Shown here in pieces: positions 57,296 to 64,000 of a stretch of 64,000 nucleotides of DNA. Position 1 is the stretch's first letter. Each line of letters starts with the position of its first letter. A program made the translations under genes and the position numbers. Below the pieces are notes generated by a model. It worked only from the letters and a program-made list of their open reading frames with translations, was not told where the DNA came from and did not search any database. The DNA comes from Candidatus Bipolaricaulota bacterium (GTDB taxonomy: Bacteria > Bipolaricaulota > Bipolaricaulia > UBA7950 > UBA9294): positions 2,580 through 66,579 of the forward strand of contig JBFMGK010000011.1 in NCBI GenBank assembly GCA_040752575.1, in the 5' to 3' direction.

Positions 57296-58402
57296 ATGGT
57301 GTCAAAGGCTAGACTGCTCGCTCCCGGTGTTGTTCTGCTGGTGATCCTCGTTGTCTCCTCGAGCAGCGTCAGGTGCGAAACAGGTTCAGCCTCTGCCAAC
57401 CCATCTGACTGCCCGTTCCAAGAGCTCTACGATCAAGGGGTGGATCGCTATCTTGGTGTATTCGTGCCAACAGCCACGGAACTCCTCATGGGAAACGTTG
57501 TCAAGCACGAATTCGTCGGCGGTGACGGGCCCCTTTGCTTCACTGGCAACGAGTTCTCGATGTACACGAGAGATGGTGAGAGCGAGGAACTCATGATCTT
57601 CCTGCAGGGTGGCGGTGCCTGCGGACCGACATCTTGCGAAGCTGTCGATTTCCCCTTGCCGATTGTCAGCCTGGGCATTCTCGATCCCAGAAACGCGGCA
57701 AACCCTGCGGCGAACTTCGACCTGGGCTACACACCCTATTGCGACGGAACGCTGTTCAGTGGCGACAAGGAAGTCGATAGCAATGGAGACGGAAACATCG
57801 ATCGATTCTTCCGCGGAATTCAGAACCTCTCGGCCGCACTAGACGTTATCGCCAGCACCTATCCCGCCCCAAGCAGAATCCTCCTAGTCGGCAATAGCGC
57901 AGGCGGGTTCGGCGTCCATTACGCCTTGCCGCTTGTTCGGAAGCTGTACCCGGAGGTGCCGATCGACCTTGTCAATGACTCCGGAGTCGGCATCCAACAA
58001 CCTGGTGTGCAGGAGAGCCTGATTGACTATTGGAACTCCGGTGGCTTCTTCCCGGCAAGCTGCAGTCGTTGCATCGGCGACGATGGCAATCTCACCGACT
58101 ACTACAAGTACCAACTCGCCGAAGACGAGAACGTCCGAATGGGCTTCATCAGCTCCACGCGTGACGAAGTGGTGACTGGACGAACGATGATCGACGGTGC
58201 CGAGTTTGAAGCGCAGCTTATCGCGGCAATGGCCGAGCTCGAACAGGCATACCCCGACCGCTTCCGCAGCCTGATTTCCGACACGGCGGAGCATACCTTC
58301 GTCATCAAGCAGTTTGGGTTCGCTGTCGCCGACACCACCGTCCTGCAGTGGATCACGGATATGCTAAGTCAAAGCGGTGATTGGGTGTCCGCCAGCGACT
58401 GA
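57296..58402 (+). CDS. Secreted pectinacetylesterase-family hydrolase
   Basis: IFLQGGGAC, PYCDGTLFSGD, GNSAGG nucleophile elbow, NDSG; GAGGAGG RBS. Confidence 0.85.
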   Translation: MVSKARLLAPGVVLLVILVVSSSSVRCETGSASANPSDCPFQELYDQGVDRYLGVFVPTATELLMGNVVKHEFVGGDGPLCFTGNEFSMYTRDGESEELMIFLQGGGACGPTSCEAVDFPLPIVSLGILDPRNAANPAANFDLGYTPYCDGTLFSGDKEVDSNGDGNIDRFFRGIQNLSAALDVIASTYPAPSRILLVGNSAGGFGVHYALPLVRKLYPEVPIDLVNDSGVGIQQPGVQESLIDYWNSGGFFPASCSRCIGDDGNLTDYYKYQLAEDENVRMGFISSTRDEVVTGRTMIDGAEFEAQLIAAMAELEQAYPDRFRSLISDTAEHTFVIKQFGFAVADTTVLQWITDMLSQSGDWVSASD

Positions 58403-58564
58403 TCCACCATTCGGCATGAAGAGCCTGCACGCTTGCCTGGCCACAGCATCCAGTCACGATTCACCGGGAGCCGACTCATCTGCGTTTAGAGCCTAGGAGA
58501 CCCGAGCGAAGGCTCCCGCCTTCATAGGTCCTAGAGAGCGTTAGGGAATCGCGCACCAGAAAGA

Positions 58565-59518
58565 AGGGTCAGGTCTTCCTATCACGCATTCCTTCTTCTC
58601 CGTATCACACCTTCCTGTGCGCGCACGCGGCGGCTGATGGTCGAGTAGTGAATGCGAAGATGCGCGGCGATCTCCTGCTGGGTGTAGCGGTGTTCGAGGT
58701 ACGCGCGGGCAATCCCGGCAGCGTCATCGGGGTTGGAGACGATGGCGATGAGTGCAGGCCGCCCGGCGACAAGCTGATCCCGGGGGATCTCTGAGAAGGC
58801 CGTTCGCGGGGGCGTGTGCTCCTCGATGAACGCGTCGCTCCCCAGATAGACTTGCCCGCGCAGGTTCTCCCACACCGTGACCCCGCGGCCTTGTGATACG
58901 AACTTCCGGTACGCCTTCTGCGCTCTGGCCCTCGATGCGCCGAACTGGTCAAGGATCCAGTCGGTCGTTAGGAACTCGGGTGTGGCCTCGAAACCGGCCG
59001 TGGCGCGATAGCTTGACCATGGCCAGTCCCGCGCGGAGCGGACCATCCGAGCTCGAACCGGATTCAGGACCACGTAGCGGGCGAGCTCAAGGAGGTACGG
59101 ATCCCGCTCCACGAGGACTCCCTTGAAGCGCCCCTGGAAGACGTGGCCCGTTCTTCGGTGCCTGCGGTTGAACTCCTGGGTGTACACGCCATTCAGCTGT
59201 CGCATCCCGAGAGACAGGGTGGGCTCAAGCGTCTCGATCAGGAGGTGATATGTGGTTGGCGACGCTGCGCGTCGCTAGGGGCGAACTGCGTTCGCCTTGA
59301 CGTTCTGGCAATACGCATGGCACTGCCAAGTGAACCGTTCGACGACCTCCGTGAGCAGCTCGAGGAACATCTCTCGGTCGGGGTCGGTGAAGAAGATCTT
59401 CTCGCGCGCATTGCCGCGACAAGTCACATGGTAGACAGCTCCGGGGTACTCAATTCTCAGAGGACGAGCCATATGCCCAGCATAGCCCTTTCGGTGCTTG
59501 ATAGGAAGACCTGACCCT
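58565..59518 (-). mobile_element. RAYT (TnpA-REP, Y1 HUH) element bounded by perfect 20-bp inverted repeats
   Basis: AGGGTCAGGTCTTCCTATCA at 58565-58584 and its reverse complement at 59499-59518. Confidence 0.85.
58582..59472 (-). pseudogene. RAYT transposase with C-terminal HTH, interrupted at the HUH motif
   Basis: MARPLRIEYPGAVYHVTCRGN...CHAYC, in-frame TAG 59277-59275, YHLLIET..GMRQLNGVYTQEFNRRH.R.GHVFQGRFK...NPVRA...WPWSSY. Confidence 0.92.
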
Positions 59519-59549
59519 ACGCCCTGACCCTACGCCCTGACCCTACGCC
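59511..59549. repeat. Tandem repeat (CTGACCCTACGCC)x3
   Basis: Three exact 13-bp units overlapping the RAYT upstream inverted repeat. Confidence 0.95.
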
Positions 59550-59752
59550 CCGGGTCCCACTCAAGTCGGACAGTGAGGTCCTCGTCTCCGGCCGTGATCG
59601 GCACGAGTCGCATGGGGCACCTCCACTCCCTGGACGCGTTCGGACAGCCGGGTAGCACATCGACGGCACGGGCTGCTCGGCTGTTGCCAGGAGCATGACC
59701 CGCCGCCGCTGTGCGTCGAGCGTCGCGGGAGTCCGTGTACGAAGGCGCAACG

Positions 59753-60703
59753 CTATGGTCGTGGCGGGCCGATGTGCCATTCGCTCATTCGGGCGTACTC
59801 GACGCAGCCCTGTCTGGCGAAGAGGCGCATCATCGCCCCATTCGTCTCGCTCGTTCCGTCATGATAGGTCGTACCTCCGAGCGCGCGCAGCGTTGCAATC
59901 CCATGTCGGTGCACCGGAAGGCCGAGGCCACGCCCGCGATGCGTGGGAACGATGCCGATGAACGCAATCGTCGACCAGCCGTCCTCGGGCGTCGCCAGGC
60001 AGAAGAGAATCGCCACCGGCTCAGCCCCCAAGTAGCCGATCTGGATCGCACGCGGGTCTAGGTCTTCGTAGCGCGCCCCGAGGGTGTTCTCGATGGCGGA
60101 AGAGCCCACGCTGGTGTCGACGGCGTCCGGAGAGTCGATGCTCGCTACGCGAAGGAGATGGAGCACGAGGTCCTCGCCTGTCTCAACCATCGTCCTCCAA
60201 ACGAGATCCGAGGTGTCCTCCAGGGCCATCTGATCGAGCGGCGTCTTGTACTCGACTCTGCGAGTGACCCGCCCGAACCCCGCATCGAGTAGGGCGGCTT
60301 CGTAGTCAGGCGTCATCTGATCATCGTGCACGCGCGTGCCAAGGTCGCGAATGCCCATCTCCCCCGCTCGTCGGCGTGCCTGCATCAGGAGCCGCGTGAT
60401 ACTCCCCCGCGTGCCGTACCCGTCGCGGCCTCGCCACGGCATGAGCACGGCCTCGTCGGGTCCGCGGCGAAACAGACGAAGGCTGCCCGTCACGTGGAGT
60501 CCGTCAGGGCCGATCTCGACGAAGACATCGGCGAGATCGAGGTCGCCGGTCTCGACTCGGCGAGTCATCCGCTCCAGGACGGCGGAAGGCTCGTCGCCCT
60601 GGAGCGAGGCGAGTAGCTCGGCGTATGCCTCAAGATGTGAAGGGTCAAGACGCATGGCCCGGGCTGTGCATGAGCCGGGCTGCGGTCTGTCGGCTTGTGT
60701 CAT
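59753..60703 (-). CDS. GNAT family N-acetyltransferase (tandem GNAT)
   Basis: IAFIGIVPTHRGRGLG, TSETNGAMMRLFARQG; GAGGAG RBS. Confidence 0.85.
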   Translation of the reverse strand: MTQADRPQPGSCTARAMRLDPSHLEAYAELLASLQGDEPSAVLERMTRRVETGDLDLADVFVEIGPDGLHVTGSLRLFRRGPDEAVLMPWRGRDGYGTRGSITRLLMQARRRAGEMGIRDLGTRVHDDQMTPDYEAALLDAGFGRVTRRVEYKTPLDQMALEDTSDLVWRTMVETGEDLVLHLLRVASIDSPDAVDTSVGSSAIENTLGARYEDLDPRAIQIGYLGAEPVAILFCLATPEDGWSTIAFIGIVPTHRGRGLGLPVHRHGIATLRALGGTTYHDGTSETNGAMMRLFARQGCVEYARMSEWHIGPPRP

Positions 60704-61126
60704 GAAGTCTCCTCTTCTGCGTGCGGTGTGATTCGCGCGCGACAGACGTGCCCCGAATGGGGCAGGATTGGGATGCCGCGCACCGGTCTTGCGGGAGGAG
60801 CGACCCAGGCAACGGAGAAATCCGTGGCGCTCTAGAAGAGGCTCGATGCTCGCGTGGCGAGGGTAGCTTCCGGCTCTGGAATGGGTTTTCTGGCTGTTAA
60901 CATCGCTACCCTCCTTTCTCTCTCAGGCTCCGTACAACGATGGCAGCCGTTGGAGAACGCATCGGATGGGGCCAGTATAGAGACGTGCCGATGCCGGCGC
61001 AAGGGGCGTCCACAAAGTAGGCCGAGCTGGCGGGGACTGGATCCGACCGGCGCGGAGGGCCATGATGGGCCTCGTGGGTTTCCATCGAGCGGCAAGGGCT
61101 GGGAGGCAACTCGTGAGGTGCGAAGA

Positions 61127-62107
61127 ATGAGGAAGGACAGGACGCCGGCGGCAGCGGCGATGAATGCGGTTGTCTGCCGCAGGTATGGACCGCCCGAAGT
61201 CTTGCAGCTCGCGAAGGTCGCGAAGCCGTTTCCTAGACCTGACGAAGTGCGCGTACGCATCCATGCAAGCGCCGTCACAGCAAGCGACATCTTCATCCGA
61301 TCGGCGCGCGTGACGCCCGCGTTCCAGATTCCATTCCGCCTGATGATGGGGATCACCAAACCACGGCATCCTGTTGTCGGGTTTGTCTTCTCTGGCGTTG
61401 TGGATGAAGTGGGCGCGAGGATTGAGCGGTTCAAGCCGGGGGATGAGGTGTATGGAACGACAGGATTTCGCCTCGGCGCCTACGCGGAGTACCGATGCAT
61501 GAGAGAAGCGGACTCACGTCAGCACGGTTGCCTGGCGCTCAAGCCCGAGAACGTCACACACGAGGAGGCAACTGCGGCCGCATACGGCGGGTTGCTAGCA
61601 CTTCAGTATGTCGAGAAGGGGAACATCCAGGCCGGCGACAAGGTCCTCATCTACGGAGCGTCGGGGACGTCCGGCACGATCGCTGTGCAATACGCAAAAC
61701 ACCTCGGCGCGATCGTAACGGGCGTGTGCAGCACGACGAACATCGACTTCGTGAAGTCGCTTGGCGCAGATCAGGTGATCGACTACACACGGACGGATGC
61801 GCCGCCGGAGGGTGCCCGTTACGACTTCGTGCTCGATTCCGTCGGTGGCATCAAGACGTCGAGGCTGAAGAAGGCGTGCAAGGAAGCGGTTGCGCCAGGA
61901 GGGAAGTACGTCTCGATTGACGACGGCGATCTAGAGCTGAGCTCCAAACGGATGGCGCGACTCAAGGAACTTGTCGAAGCTGGGACGATCACGCCGGTTC
62001 TTGGGCGCACGTATTCGCTTAGCGACGTCGTTGAAGCCCATCGCTTCGTCGAAGGCGGGCACAAACGTGGCGGTGTGGCGGTGACAATTCCGCATGCGGA
62101 AGACTGA
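61127..62107 (+). CDS. NAD(P)-dependent MDR-family oxidoreductase (quinone reductase/ADH-like)
   Basis: YGPPEVL, VRIHASAVTASD, GAYAEY, VLIYGASGTSG, VKSLGADQVIDYT, GHKRGGV; start 61127 or 61160. Confidence 0.92.
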   Translation: MRKDRTPAAAAMNAVVCRRYGPPEVLQLAKVAKPFPRPDEVRVRIHASAVTASDIFIRSARVTPAFQIPFRLMMGITKPRHPVVGFVFSGVVDEVGARIERFKPGDEVYGTTGFRLGAYAEYRCMREADSRQHGCLALKPENVTHEEATAAAYGGLLALQYVEKGNIQAGDKVLIYGASGTSGTIAVQYAKHLGAIVTGVCSTTNIDFVKSLGADQVIDYTRTDAPPEGARYDFVLDSVGGIKTSRLKKACKEAVAPGGKYVSIDDGDLELSSKRMARLKELVEAGTITPVLGRTYSLSDVVEAHRFVEGGHKRGGVAVTIPHAED

Positions 62108-62211
62108 CCTGCCCCCGAGGGCGCTGGGGGGATGAAGAGCAGACAGGGACAACGCTGTGGAGTCTGGATGACTGCAGCCAGAACCTTCGTTCTGACTACA
62201 GAGTGGTAGTG

Positions 62212-62284
<73 letters not shown>

Positions 62285-62296
62285 AGAGTCAGCCGC

Positions 62297-62326
62297 ATGA
62301 TACCCGTTGATGGCGGAGGGGCGCAA
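62297..62326 (-). promoter_or_regulatory. tRNA promoter TTGCGC-N18-TATCAT
   Basis: Directly upstream of the tRNA 5' end. Confidence 0.5.
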
Positions 62327-62335
62327 CGGGCGGCT

Positions 62336-62452
62336 GAGTCCGTGGTCCAGAGTCGAGAACCGATTCGTTGGGTTCATTGGGTTGCGAGGAACTGGGTGCG
62401 CGGTGCGCAGCCCCTGGTCCGCAGTGCGCGGTCCGCAGTCCCGGAGGACGGC
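62336..62452. repeat. Mixed 7-mer (GTCCGCR) / 9-mer (GRGTTCRTT) repeat tract, left
   Basis: 23-bp exact match 62364-62386 = 63667-63689. Confidence 0.85.
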
Positions 62453-62537
62453 AGGCCTACGGCCGCGCGCGGTTCGGGATCATGTAGCGTCGGGGCTTGC
62501 CCCGGCGGCATCTGTGGGCGCGGAGCGGAAGATGCCT

Positions 62538-62978
62538 CTACATCAGGTCAGGGTGCTCGGCCTGGAGCCATTCGCGGACGCGCGTGACGACTTGTGTCGC
62601 GAGGGCGATCGCGTCGAGCGCTTCCTGAGCGGACACGCCACCCGCGCGCTCGTAGTCGCTCTTGTCTCTCTTCCTTTTCACGGTCTGAAGCATCAAGAGG
62701 GTTTCGGAATCGAGGCCGACGGTGAAGCGCAGGGACTGGAGCGTGTAGTGGTGGTGGCCCGAGCCTTTCGCGGCACGGTAGCCGGCGGCGGCCAGCGCAG
62801 TCGTGGCTGCCTGGAGGGCGGCGTTGAAGGCGATGGCGAGCTTCCATTCGGGGCAGTGCGTGGCCGACGAGGCCTCCCTGAGATCACGCCGCGTGATGGC
62901 CAGCAGGTCGGCGATCTCCTGTGGGCTCGTCGCATGTGCGGCGAGGAAGCGATGCTGCAGCCACTCAGTCAAGCTCAT
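62538..62978 (-). CDS. HEPN domain protein (SAV_6107-like)
   Basis: All-helical; AFNAALQAATTALAAAGYR..GHH..KRKRDKSDYER; overlaps the MNT stop. Confidence 0.8.
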   Translation of the reverse strand: MSLTEWLQHRFLAAHATSPQEIADLLAITRRDLREASSATHCPEWKLAIAFNAALQAATTALAAAGYRAAKGSGHHHYTLQSLRFTVGLDSETLLMLQTVKRKRDKSDYERAGGVSAQEALDAIALATQVVTRVREWLQAEHPDLM

Positions 62979-63567
62979 CGAGATCCCCGATCAGTTGCAG
63001 CTTCGGACTTCTAAGAACCGAGGCTACGAAGTGCTCCCCTGTCCTTCGTCTCTCTCGGAACTCGTTCGTGGCGAACACGGTGGGATTGAGCTCACGGCCG
63101 AGGGCGTCGCGAACGTGGGCCGTTGCGGAGACGATGTCGAACAGTGAGACGTCCCCGATGACGAGAAGGTCGACGTCGCTCGCGGCGGTCTCGTCGCCGC
63201 GCGCCATCGATCCGTAGACGGCTGCCGCGTCGATCCGGTCCGCCAGAGGTTCGAGGGCGGCGCGAAGCACGTCGACGACTCCCGATGTCTTGCGGATTAG
63301 GCCCCTGAGCTCCTCAAAGGCCGGCGCCATCTCGTTGGCCTGAAAGTAGACCTGCTGTCCGTCCGGGGTTCGCGTCAGGAGACCGGCGTGAGTCAAGCGC
63401 GCGAGTTCGCGCTGCACGGCGCCACGCCCCGCCCCGGTCCGCCGCAGGATCTCGGTCAGGTAGAAGCGGCGCTGCGCATGGCCGTAGAGCAGCGTGAGGA
63501 CGGCGAGACGCGTCTTGCCGAAGAGCGCTGGGCCGACGGACGAAGTCCCCATATTGGGTACGAGCAT
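62965..63567 (-). CDS. wHTH plus minimal nucleotidyltransferase (MNT) protein
   Basis: LFGKTRLAVL..FYLTEILR..GRGAVQRELARL; AVYGSMARGDETAASDVDLLVIG; start 63567 or 63552. Confidence 0.88.
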   Translation of the reverse strand: MLVPNMGTSSVGPALFGKTRLAVLTLLYGHAQRRFYLTEILRRTGAGRGAVQRELARLTHAGLLTRTPDGQQVYFQANEMAPAFEELRGLIRKTSGVVDVLRAALEPLADRIDAAAVYGSMARGDETAASDVDLLVIGDVSLFDIVSATAHVRDALGRELNPTVFATNEFRERRRTGEHFVASVLRSPKLQLIGDLDELD

Positions 63568-63614
63568 ACTCACTATGGGTACGCGAGGCAAGCGCGATCT
63601 CGAGGGCGGGGGGC

Positions 63615-63870
63615 AGTCCGTTGAGTTCGTTGAGATGGAGTCCGGAGTCCGCGGTCAAGAATCGAGTTCGTTGGGTTCATTGGGTTGCGGGCGACGAAGG
63701 CGTCCGCAGTCCGGGGGCCGGAGTCCGCGGCCAAGAACCAAGTTCGTTGGGTTCGCTGAGTTCATTGGGTTCCGACCGGCGAGGGCGTCCGCAGTCCGCG
63801 GTGCGCAGTCCGCAGTGCGTTGAGTTCGTTAGGACGGAGTGCGCAGTGCGCCGTCCGCGGTCCCGGGAAC
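63615..63870. repeat. Mixed 7-mer / 9-mer repeat tract, right
   Basis: Multiple GTCCGCAG/GTCCGCGG and GGGTTCATT/GAGTTCGTT units arranged in roughly 75-bp higher-order repeats. Confidence 0.88.
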
Positions 63871-64000
63871 GGGCAGCCTGCGCAGTGCGCGGTTGGGGAT
63901 CACGTGGCGTGGAGGCTTGCCGCGACGGCTTTGCGCCGGCGGGGCGGCTCAGACGCGCAGCTTGACAAGGATCAGATCTACCGCCGCCGCGAGGTCGGCG

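Noticed and set aside
59275-59277. Amber readthrough (pyrrolysine) rescuing the RAYT
   Set aside because: Even with readthrough the first His of the HUH motif is lost; no pyl genes are in the window.
59255-59306. Integron attC site interpretation of the RAYT insert
   Set aside because: GTT/AAC cores are present but do not pair into one long R''-L''-L'-R' hairpin; there are two separate short stems and no integrase.

Overview
GC-rich bacterial window with no phylogenetic marker gene, so taxonomy cannot be fixed from it. It holds three ABC-transport operons: peptide/nickel-type with an upstream four-repeat secreted protein; ArsR plus Cys/His microprotein plus ABC-2 exporter; and PucR-regulated nucleoside-type importer linked to DUF2877/DUF1116/FdrA. 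It also has a TetR-MMPL-LolA-like unit, an orphan two-SBP sensor kinase, many secreted hypothetical proteins, tRNA-Ala(GGC) and a wHTH-MNT/HEPN pair. At least six genes are decayed: thioesterase, ArsP-type permease, small thioredoxin, tipA, CBS-HEPN and RAYT. The strongest unexplained signal is a dispersed 26-bp motif family, GGGGTCA-NN-YCTT-NNN-TCTTG-RYGTT. Its 5' half matches the perfect 20-bp inverted repeats bounding a RAYT/HUH transposase gene. It forms a variably spaced tandem array at 15.1-15.5 kb and sits inside direct repeats that bracket single cargo genes (DUF3800; a secreted protein). This suggests a RAYT-linked cassette system, which is an inference. All calls were made by eye from sequence and translation; no database searches were run.
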